Shown: positions 1 to 8,600 of the stretch, in pieces
Layout of the letters: each line of letters begins with the position of its first letter
How positions within the stretch are numbered: the stretch's first letter is position 1
Source: an uncultured Bacteriovoracaceae bacterium
GTDB lineage: Bacteria > Bdellovibrionota > UBA1018
Length of the DNA stretch: 41,450 nt
Reading direction: 5' to 3'
Assembly (NCBI GenBank): GCA_964404365.1
Contig: CAYOJT010000001.1
Location: forward strand, 1 to 41,450
Program-made: the position numbers and the translations under genes
The notes under the pieces: model-generated
Database searches by the model: none
Told to the model about the DNA's origin: nothing
Seen by the model: only the letters and a program-made list of their open reading frames with translations

Positions 1-671
1 GCCACTTCGCGCGCGATCATGATTTCTTCGCTCGCGGCGGGAACACCGCGTAGGCCCAATTCATTCGACAGTGCGCTTTCGTTCATCGCGGCCTTCGCGA
101 CCAAGTTCTCATCTTCCGCGTGCGAAATCACAGGAACACCGAAGGCCTTAGCGTAGTCCATCGCTTTTCGCATCAGATAGGAGTTCATCACGGGCTTTCC
201 ATCATCGGAAATGGCGACCGCGCCCTCTTGAATCATTCCGCCGATTTCAGCGAGTTCCTCGCCCTGGAGTCCCTTGGTTACCGCTCCAACGATGTGGACG
301 CGGCAGGAAGCGACAGCCTTCGCTTTTTCGCGAATGTAGGCGGTGATGTAGGGCGTGTCGTTCACAGGCATCGTGTTTGCCATGCAGGCGACACTGGTAA
401 AGCCACCAGCTGCGGCTGCACGTGTGCCGGTTTCGATATTTTCTTTGTACTCTTGTCCGGGTTCGCGAAGGTGAACGTGGAGGTCGATGAGTCCCGGCAT
501 GACCCAAGCGCCTTTTGCGTTTAGAACTTTTGTTCCAGCGTCTGCGGGGATGGAACCCGGTTTATCAATCGCTGAGATTTTTCCGTCCACGATGAGGATG
601 TCGCTCTCGCGGTTAATCTTTTGATAGGGATCGATCACTTTACCGTTACGGATCAGAATTTTAGTACTCAT
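1..671 (-). CDS. pyrC: dihydroorotase, N-terminal ~223 codons (3' end lies outside the window)
   Basis: This gene is absent from the ORF track because the frame stays open to the window edge. Hand translation of the minus strand from ATG (671-669) gives MSTKILIRNGKVIDPYQKINRESDILIVDGKISAIDKPG...AKGAWVMPGLIDLHVHLREPGQEYKENIETGTRAAAAGGFTSVACMANT... The DLHVHLREPG HxH metal-ligand motif is typical of cyclic amidohydrolases such as dihydroorotase. The ATG overlaps the pyrB stop (ATGA), giving the classic pyrB-pyrC order. Confidence 0.85.
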   Translation of the reverse strand, partial: MSTKILIRNGKVIDPYQKINRESDILIVDGKISAIDKPGSIPADAGTKVLNAKGAWVMPGLIDLHVHLREPGQEYKENIETGTRAAAAGGFTSVACMANTMPVNDTPYITAYIREKAKAVASCRVHIVGAVTKGLQGEELAEIGGMIQEGAVAISDDGKPVMNSYLMRKAMDYAKAFGVPVISHAEDENLVAKAAMNESALSNELGLRGVPAASEEIMIAREV

Positions 672-1618
672 TTTCCACCTCGGATCTGTCCGTCTTTCAT
701 CCAAGCATCAAGTTTTTTCGGTTCGACTACGGTTGCGAGTACGGCCATTCGAATCAGGACACCATTTAGCACCTGATCTAAAATCACGGAACGTGGTCCG
801 TCCGCTACTTCCGGATCAAGCTCCACGCCCCGGTTGACGGGACCTGGGTGCAGGATGATTGCGCCTGGTTTTAAAAGTTTCGCGCGTTCGCGATTCAAGC
901 CCCAGAACTGCGAGTACTCGTTGATGGACGGAATCTGCATGCGATTCTGACGTTCGAGTTGGATTCGGAGAGCCATCACCACATCGGCCTTTGGAAGAAG
1001 CTCTTCGGGTCGATAGGCGAAGTTCACACCCAAAGTTTCAGGTTTAGGTGGTAGAAGAGTCGGGGGGGCGCAGACCGAGACGGTCGCTCCCATTTTTCGG
1101 AGTAAGTGAATATTAGATCTCGCCACGCGTGAGTGGGCGATGTCACCCAGGATGACGACGTGTTTTCCCTGAACCGACCCAAGTTTCGACTCCATCGTGT
1201 AGAGATCAAGCAGACCTTGAGTTGGGTGTTCGTGAAAGCCGTCGCCCGCATTCACGACAGGGACGTTGACGTTCTTTGCAAGAGTGTGAGGAGAGCCTGC
1301 AGAGCTGTGGCGAACCACAATCGCGTGAGGTCCCATCGCTTCCAGGTTTTTAGCCGTGTCGATGAGCGTTTCGCCCTTCGTTGTCGAAGATGTGGAAGAC
1401 GCGAAGTTGAGTGACCCTGCGCCTAATTTCCGAATAGCCAATTCAAAAGAAGAGCGAGTACGGGTCGAGTTTTCGAAGAAGAGATTGACGATCGTTTTTC
1501 CCTGAAGGAGTGGAATGCTGCCGTCTTCTTTTACGATCGGAGCCATTTTCTTCGCGACATCTAAAAGGTAACGGATTTCGTCTTTTGAGAGGTCTGCAGC
1601 CGCTAAAAGATGCTTCAT
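668..1618 (-). CDS. pyrB: aspartate carbamoyltransferase catalytic subunit
   Basis: 316-aa ORF with the ATCase/OTCase signatures FFENSTRTRSSFE (carbamoyl-phosphate site), HPTQ and LHPGP. It is translationally coupled to pyrC. Confidence 0.93.
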   Translation of the reverse strand: MKHLLAAADLSKDEIRYLLDVAKKMAPIVKEDGSIPLLQGKTIVNLFFENSTRTRSSFELAIRKLGAGSLNFASSTSSTTKGETLIDTAKNLEAMGPHAIVVRHSSAGSPHTLAKNVNVPVVNAGDGFHEHPTQGLLDLYTMESKLGSVQGKHVVILGDIAHSRVARSNIHLLRKMGATVSVCAPPTLLPPKPETLGVNFAYRPEELLPKADVVMALRIQLERQNRMQIPSINEYSQFWGLNRERAKLLKPGAIILHPGPVNRGVELDPEVADGPRSVILDQVLNGVLIRMAVLATVVEPKKLDAWMKDGQIRGGK

Positions 1619-1663
1619 ATCCGTTCACTCCTTCTATCTGTTTCGGTCACTTCAACACGAAAG

Positions 1664-2356
1664 CTAGCGAATTGATTTTAGGATTCGGTCAAACCGGATC
1701 CTGGAAAACCAATCCCCACCTGCGCCCGTCGCTCCCGGAGGATTGATCGAGATCCAGATGAATTTTGCTTTGCCTTTAATCTTCGAAATGGGTGCCAGGC
1801 CGAAAAGCTTCAAGCGGCGTGGTTCGGTAGGAACGGAGCGATAATCTCCGACCACGAAAACCTGGTTCGCGGGAACCTCGACCTCAGGGGCGGCCTCCAT
1901 CAGGGGTTGTTCCATGCAGATGGTGTATTTCTCGCCGCTGGCAGCAGGCTCTTTCCCACAGAGGTCGTTCGCGTTTGCGAACTCGCTGATGAGGGTACCA
2001 TTTCGGAAGAGTCTACTGCCTTCGATTTTGATTTTATCGCCCGGAAGTCCAACAACGCGCTTGATGTATTCGCGCTTCGGTTCATCGGGAAACTCGAAAA
2101 CAATGACGTCTCCGAGTTTAGGTTTAGTCTCAAAAAGGCGCTCAGTATCTTCGCCTGGGAGCCGGATTCCGTAGGATAGTTTTGAAACGAAGAGTGTATC
2201 ACCCGCTTCAATTGTAGGTGCCATCGCACCCGAAGGCATTCGGTAGGCTTCAACGAGAAAAAATCGGATAAAGAGAGCGATAAAGACTGCGGCGCCGATT
2301 GCGATTCCGTAGTCCTTCAGGATGCTCTTTGACTCTTCCTGTTCTGCTTTCTCCAC
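1664..2356 (-). CDS. lepB: signal peptidase I family protein, atypical (nucleophile position is Ala)
   Basis: 230-aa ORF with one N-terminal TM helix (YGIAIGAAVFIALFIRFFLV). The SPase I boxes are recognisable: box B PSGAMAPT, box C GDVIVF, box D YIKRVVGLPGD (Lys99 present) and box E GDYRSVPTEPR (degenerate). It lies immediately downstream of lepA, the conserved lepA-lepB arrangement. Confidence 0.8.
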   Translation of the reverse strand: MEKAEQEESKSILKDYGIAIGAAVFIALFIRFFLVEAYRMPSGAMAPTIEAGDTLFVSKLSYGIRLPGEDTERLFETKPKLGDVIVFEFPDEPKREYIKRVVGLPGDKIKIEGSRLFRNGTLISEFANANDLCGKEPAASGEKYTICMEQPLMEAAPEVEVPANQVFVVGDYRSVPTEPRRLKLFGLAPISKIKGKAKFIWISINPPGATGAGGDWFSRIRFDRILKSIR

Positions 2357-2385
2357 GGGTTACTCACTCTCAGTCTGTCTGAAAA

Positions 2386-4182
2386 TTAATCAACCTTCAA
2401 TACCGCCAGGAAGGCTTCCTGTGGGATCTCCACCGAGCCGACCTGCTTCATCCGCTTTTTACCTTCTTTTTGTTTCTCTAAGAGTTTCCGCTTACGAGAA
2501 ATATCGCCACCATAGCACTTCGCCGTCACGTTTTTCCGAAGGGCGGAGAGGCTTTCGCGAGCGACGATTTTCGATCCGATTGCGGCTTGAATCGCGATTT
2601 CGAACATCTGGCGATCGATGAGTTCTTTCATCTTCTTCACGAGCTCGCGCCCGCGAATTGCGGCCTTCGCTCGGTGAATCATGAGTGAGAGCGCGTCGAC
2701 AGGTTCGCCGTTAATGAGAACGTCGAGTTTCACGAGATCAGCTTCATGATAGTCAGCTAACTCGTAATCCATCGAAGCGTAGCCTTTGGTTGCAGATTTT
2801 AATTTGTCGAAGAAATCAAAAACCATTTCGTTCAACGGCAAATCATAAAGGAGCGTGACACGATCCTTCGTGATGTAATCCATTTTGACTTGAGTTCCGC
2901 GACGATCATTTAGGATCTGCATCACAGCGCCAACGTATTCGGCTGGCATGTGAACGGTGATCTTGATGTAGGGCTCTTCGATCTTTTCGATAAGCGTCTG
3001 ATCAGGAAGTTTTGCGGGGTTGTCGACGAGCAGCGTTTCACCGTTCGTTTTTGTGACCTTATAGACCACAGAAGGAGCGGTCGTGATGAGGTTCAGGTTG
3101 TATTCGCGCTCGAGGCGCTCTTGAACGACTTCCATGTGAAGGAGGCCCAAGAATCCGCAGCGGAATCCGAATCCAAGTGCGGTCGAAGTCTCAGGTTCGT
3201 AGGTGATCGCAGAGTCGTTCAAGCGCAGCTTTTCAAGCGACTCTTTTAGGTCGTTGTACTGATCTGCATCGATTGGATAGACGCCGCAGAAAACCATGGG
3301 TTTTGCTTCTTTGAAGCCGCCGAGCGCCGCCTTCGCAGGATTATCGACATCCATGATCGTGTCTCCGACCTTCATGTCGCGAACGTCGCGAATTCCGCAA
3401 ACGATGGCTACGACTTCACCGGAAGCGACGGAATCGACGTCTTTGAATTTCGGAGTAAAGATCCCGAGGCGCTGAACTTCGAATTGTTTTCCAGCGTGGT
3501 GGAGATAAATCTTCGTGCCCTTCTTGATCTTACCTTCAAACACGCGCGCGAGTGCGATCACGCCTTGATAGGTGTCGTACCAGCTGTCGAAGATGAGAGC
3601 GCGAAGGGGTTCATCGTCTGCGTCTTTGGGTGCGGGAAAATTTTTTACGACGGCTTCTAAAATGTCGTCGATGCCGATTCCCGATTTTGCCGAACACATG
3701 ACCGAACGGGAGGTGTCGACAAGCCCAATCACTTCATCGATTTCTGCTTTCACACGCTCGGGGTCAGCAGAAGGAAGGTCGATCTTATTGATGGCGGGGA
3801 AGACTTCGAGATTGTTTTCAAGCGCCATGAAAACGTTTGCGAGCGTTTGGGCTTCAACTCCCTGAGATGCATCCACGACCAGAATCGCGCCTTCGCAGGC
3901 TGCGAGTGATCGCGACACTTCGTAAGTAAAGTCCACGTGTCCGGGCGTATCGATGAGGTTTAAGACGTAAGTCTGCCCGTCTTTTGCTTTGTAATTTAAG
4001 CGCGCGCTTTGTGCTTTGATGGTGATGCCGCGCTCTCGTTCGATATCCATCGAATCGAGGAGTTGGGCTTCCATCTCACGAGAACTCACCGTACCTGTTC
4101 GCTCGAGTAAGCGGTCAGCCAGCGTCGATTTACCGTGATCGATATGCGCGATAATGCAGAAGTTTCTGATGTTTTTAGACAT
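2386..4182 (-). CDS. lepA: translation elongation factor 4 (LepA)
   Basis: 598-aa ORF. It has the GTPase G1 motif [30 protein letters not shown] and the LepA-specific C-terminal domain (...[25 protein letters not shown]). Confidence 0.97.
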   Translation of the reverse strand: MSKNIRNFCIIAHIDHGKSTLADRLLERTGTVSSREMEAQLLDSMDIERERGITIKAQSARLNYKAKDGQTYVLNLIDTPGHVDFTYEVSRSLAACEGAILVVDASQGVEAQTLANVFMALENNLEVFPAINKIDLPSADPERVKAEIDEVIGLVDTSRSVMCSAKSGIGIDDILEAVVKNFPAPKDADDEPLRALIFDSWYDTYQGVIALARVFEGKIKKGTKIYLHHAGKQFEVQRLGIFTPKFKDVDSVASGEVVAIVCGIRDVRDMKVGDTIMDVDNPAKAALGGFKEAKPMVFCGVYPIDADQYNDLKESLEKLRLNDSAITYEPETSTALGFGFRCGFLGLLHMEVVQERLEREYNLNLITTAPSVVYKVTKTNGETLLVDNPAKLPDQTLIEKIEEPYIKITVHMPAEYVGAVMQILNDRRGTQVKMDYITKDRVTLLYDLPLNEMVFDFFDKLKSATKGYASMDYELADYHEADLVKLDVLINGEPVDALSLMIHRAKAAIRGRELVKKMKELIDRQMFEIAIQAAIGSKIVARESLSALRKNVTAKCYGGDISRKRKLLEKQKEGKKRMKQVGSVEIPQEAFLAVLKVD

Positions 4183-4254
4183 GGCGGAGCTGGTTTTAGG
4201 TACCAGAACTGCGAGCCGCGAGAAAGCTTAATACGGGTGACGAGTGGGGGTAGT

Positions 4255-4443
4255 TTAGGTGACTGCGCGGACTAAAAAATACAGGACGGTCAGTGGGAAA
4301 ATGATCAGGAGGGAGACTCCGCCTTCAGTAAAAAAGACCTCGGTCCAGAACCCAGCGGGTGCAGGCGTATCGACTTGCGGAGCGGTCTTTGAAGTCGCTG
4401 GCGTAGCCGTTTTTTCAGTAGATTGTGCAGTTGACTTTTTCAT
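4255..4443 (-). CDS. small hypothetical membrane protein (62 aa)
   Basis: The ATG is preceded by GGAG 7 nt upstream on the minus strand. A Thr/Pro/Ala-rich N-terminus is followed by one hydrophobic helix (GGVSLLIIFPLTVLYFLV). It is co-oriented with lepA, 72 nt upstream of it. No family recognised. Confidence 0.4.
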   Translation of the reverse strand: MKKSTAQSTEKTATPATSKTAPQVDTPAPAGFWTEVFFTEGGVSLLIIFPLTVLYFLVRAVT

Positions 4444-4469
4444 TCAACATCTCCATACCTGGCCCATTC

Positions 4470-5645
4470 ATGGACTCTAAGACCGTATCGGATAAGACCC
4501 ACCCAACCCTGAGAGTAGAAATCGAGGATCTTTCGCGTTCAGGGTCCGGCGTGGCGCGTCAAGACACCCCTCAGGGTCGCCGCGTCGTTTTCGTGCCTCA
4601 GACGCTTTCGGGCGATGTAGCCGAAGTTCGGATTGTCCGGGAGGAGAAACGATTTGTTGAGGCTGAACTCGTTGAACTCATCCAAGCGTCGCCTGATCGC
4701 GTTTCCCCGAAGTGTGAAGTTTTCGGTCGCTGTGGCGGCTGCGCGTGGCAACACGTCCCGTATAAAAAACAATGGCAAGTGAAACGCGATGGAGTTTTCC
4801 ACGCCCTCGCACGCACCCAAGTTTCGCTCCCTGAGAGTCACCAGGAATTTCCAGCTGAAAATCCATTCGGATACAGAAATCGAATTCAACTTCGTGGAGT
4901 CGGTGCAGAGGTGGGTTTTTTCTCAAAACGCTCCCGAAGCCTTGTCGCCATTCAGCGCTGTGAAATCGCACGCGAGGAGTTGAACCGCGTTCTTCCAGAA
5001 ATTCGGAAAAAGGGCCTAGAAAAAGGCGGAGAATTCAAAGTAGAGATCGAGGTTTTACCCGACGGACAGGTTCGCGAATCCTGGAATGATCGGCATGGCG
5101 CCTTAGGTTTTCGCCAAGTGAACGATGAGCAGAACGAAAAACTAAAACACTACGTTCAGGGCCACATCGAGGATGGTGCCCACGTATTAGATCTTTACGG
5201 TGGGAACGGGAACCTTTCTCTCGGGCTCGAAAAGCGCGTTGCATGGGTCGATTGCGTGGATGTGGGGGCGCCCCGTGGTGGTGGACCGGAACAGCCGCCG
5301 AACTATCGGTTCTTTCAAACCGATGCGCCGAAGTGGATGGATCGTCGCGCGCATGAGTTTGAAAAAGGAGTCTGGGCATTGAAAGGGCCGGGAGTCGCGA
5401 TCATTGATCCGCCTAGGGAAGGACTCGGAGAGCAGCAGAACAAGATTTCTCGAAGTCTCGATTTGACGGGAGTCCAGAAGATCATTGCGGTGGGGTGCGA
5501 CCCAGATTCCTTTGCGCGCGATGTGGCGCGGTTCCAGAAGCAGGGTTGGAAAATTGTCGAAATATCCATCTTTGACCTTTTTCCTCAGACCCCCCACGTT
5601 GAGGCGGTGGGTGTTCTGGTGCGAAGAGCTGAGACAAGAAATTGA
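4470..5645 (+). CDS. rlmD: 23S rRNA (uracil-C5)-methyltransferase, RumA/RlmD family
   Basis: N-terminal TRAM-like region (LRVEIEDLSRSGSGVARQD...VFVPQTLSGDVAEVRI). Fe-S cysteine cluster CEVFGRCGGCAWQH. SAM-MTase motifs LDLYGGNGN and IIDPPREGL, plus the nucleophile Cys in AVGCDP. I chose the start at the first ATG (4470); the ORF-track GTG at 4425 would overlap the divergent small gene. Start uncertain. Confidence 0.7.
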   Translation: MDSKTVSDKTHPTLRVEIEDLSRSGSGVARQDTPQGRRVVFVPQTLSGDVAEVRIVREEKRFVEAELVELIQASPDRVSPKCEVFGRCGGCAWQHVPYKKQWQVKRDGVFHALARTQVSLPESHQEFPAENPFGYRNRIQLRGVGAEVGFFSKRSRSLVAIQRCEIAREELNRVLPEIRKKGLEKGGEFKVEIEVLPDGQVRESWNDRHGALGFRQVNDEQNEKLKHYVQGHIEDGAHVLDLYGGNGNLSLGLEKRVAWVDCVDVGAPRGGGPEQPPNYRFFQTDAPKWMDRRAHEFEKGVWALKGPGVAIIDPPREGLGEQQNKISRSLDLTGVQKIIAVGCDPDSFARDVARFQKQGWKIVEISIFDLFPQTPHVEAVGVLVRRAETRN

Positions 5646-5693
5646 CGTTTTTGAAAAATTAAGAACGACATTCATTTAGCCGATTGAGAAGAG

Positions 5694-8600
5694 ATGCTAC
5701 TTTCTACTTCTTGTTGGCGCGTAATGCGAATGTCGGCTTCTGGCATTCACTTTATTACTTCTATCGCTTTCGCTTTAGCACTCGCTTCACCCATTTTTTC
5801 GGTCGAAGCGAAGGAAAAAAATTCGCCCGCAATAACCTCCTCTCAGGTCAAGCGGCTTCGAAAACCTGCAAGCGACGAGCTGAAGTTCCACGTCTATGAA
5901 AAATACGTTCGCGGACTTTCAAACAAAGAAGCATCTCACCTGAAGGGAATTTTTGATAGCTATGCAGTGATCGATCTGGAGGCGAGCGGTCTAACGGCCT
6001 GGAGATCTTGGTTAGACGAAGTGACGGAGCGCCTCACAGAGTCCGTTATGAAACACGGCGATCAATATCCGACCTATCGGATTGAAATCTTGGCGTCAGA
6101 TGAGCCGACCGCCTTTGTAGCGAAGTTTCGGAATGCTGGGTTTGAGAGTTATCGAGGTTACGTTTACTTCTCGACGGGCTTACTTGATAAAATGGCCGCT
6201 ACTCTACAGGGAGCTGGGAAAAAGGTTTCAGATTTGAATCCGGAACTTTTTCAGAAAGTCCTGGATGGTATGACGGGAGTCATCGCGCACGAGTTTGCAC
6301 ACCCGAAACAGGATGAAACCGTCAAGTGGAGTTGGAGAAGCGCCCAGGATAAATCGACTTTTAATCATGGTCAGGTGGACGAAGCGACTACTGACTTCTT
6401 AGGTATGCGACTTCTGAAAGACGCAGAACTTCCGCCCGATAACATGCTCACAGGTCTTCAGCTCTTATTTGGTGATAAACCCGAAAACTCGAATCGAGTT
6501 ATTCGAATTTTACAGGGCGGACTATCTACGCATCCTCAGGATAACTTACGCCTCAACTTGAATCGTGGAGCGCTTACTCAACTTCGAATGAAGGAAGGGC
6601 TAGTGGAAGCGAAGGCGATTTCGGTTCCCGTGGGGGATCTGTTACTCGAAAGTAAGATTGCCGAGACGGGTACAAGTTTACGGACGCAAGTTCGAGGCAT
6701 GTTCATTAGCGGATTACCAGAAAACGCGAGCGAGTTTTCGCGGGTCCTTGAACTATTGAAGCGCAACCTTCGAGAGAGTGGCTCAGCATATTCAAATCGC
6801 CGATACACGAAGCTATTGAATCAGATCGTTCAAGAAGGTTACGCCCCAAACTCCGACGAACAGAAGGCTTATCTCGCGTTTTACGATAGCATCTTGGCGA
6901 ACTCCGAAAATAAGCGTGAAGGAGTGCTCAGGTGTAAGTCACTGGCGCTCTCAGCGTTTAATACTTACGACGACCTGGTAGCGCCTGGGACCTATTTCCC
7001 AGATTCTTATAAGAAGAGACAGGTGCGCGTCTCTCCCTGGGCTAGAAGGCCAAATCAAGCGCGCGCTTTTAGATTACCGCTCGGTGAAACACCAAAAATC
7101 CTCTCGGATCTTCAGACTCAAGCATTTGAAAAAGCTTGGAGCGAGATGAGCGTTCCCGAAAAAGTTCATGCGATTGATCACCTCGACCCACTCTTTGAGC
7201 GCAATCTCATTGAGAAGGCTTTTGAGCAGTTGGCAACTGAAGTGGGAGCGCACGATGAGCTCATTCAAGTGGAGTTCCACTTAGCGAGATGGGCCCGTGG
7301 GATCACTTTCAATCAAACCGAGAAAATCGATCACTTTGCGTATGCGGAACTCAAAAAAATCATGTCACAGGTTCCATTTTCGGAACAAAAATTCATCCCA
7401 CGAATGATGAAGTATTTTCTCTATGAACGCGTTCCGCTCCTCTATTTGAAAGAACGCGCTAGGAAAGATGCAGCGTTTTTAGCGGTCTATAACGATGTAT
7501 TTGGCGTACCTGTCGAGGATTTACTTCGACACGCGGATAATCCGCCCGCATTGGGAATTGATCTTGCTCAAATGTTAACATCAAGTGAACGCCCAAGCCT
7601 TCTCAGTTGGCAGGTGTCGCCCTACAAAGAAAACCTCCCGATTTTACAAAAGGCTGATCGACCCTACCTGGGCGCGTACTGGAATCGGATTCAGGAAATC
7701 TTCAACAGCGATCAAAACCAAAAAGCGATCGTCTTTTACGCCGAATATTATCAGAAAGCAGATGAATTCGTGAAATCAAATTCTTCAGCCAGATTTTTCG
7801 GAAACTGGGCGAACTATGCGAACGCTCAGCCCGAAAAAGTCGCAGAACCGATTCACGAAGTTTTAATCGGCGGCCTCCCCGATCTTAAGAAGAAATTGAC
7901 CTACATTTATAACAGCGTGCCTAATGGTCCGCTCAACTGGCAGTTCTATGCAGATATGTTTCCGCTCATTAAAGCCGGGGAGGAGGAACTGTATTGGAAC
8001 TCTATAAAGCAAGGGACAAATAACGAGTTAAAGATTCTTGATATCCTGAGAAAGCGAAAACAGATTACGCCGGAGGTCTACGCGACTAGGTCTGCAAAAC
8101 TCCTTGAACCTGTCGAGGGGAAGATGCGCACAGCGGTGACCGCATTAGACCATTTTTCGACTCATATCATTTGGAAGGATCTCCAGGAAGGTGCTGAGAA
8201 AGCGCCCGGAACGTTCTTAAAATATGTTTTAGATAGTTTTGATCTGGGTAAATTTGATCGAGCACTCGATCAGCGTGAATCGACAAACAACGCCTTGAAA
8301 GTGAAATTGAAATATCATCCGGATTATGTAGAGCCGCTTGCAAAGGTGCACAAGGGGTTGAAGTCTGATTTTCTGAAGTACATCGGCTATACGAAACAGT
8401 TTAAAAACTTTTCAGTCACTGATCCAGAATTTAGACGGATCTTCGTGGAAAACTTTGCGAAAGCTCAAGAGTACCTCGCTTTGGTTTTCAATCCGGACGG
8501 AATGTGGTTGTCTGCGGAAATTCGACAACAGTTTAATGGCGGCCCATTCGATCGCCTGTTGTTCGAGTTTGTCCCTGTAGTTCCGGTCGAGGATCTTTCT

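Noticed and set aside
120-524. ORF-track entries 120..524 (+, 134 aa) and 247..507 (-, 86 aa)
   Set aside because: Both lie inside the hand-translated pyrC frame, which has clear dihydroorotase motifs. Their own translations are low-complexity or Arg-rich with no motifs. They are shadow ORFs.
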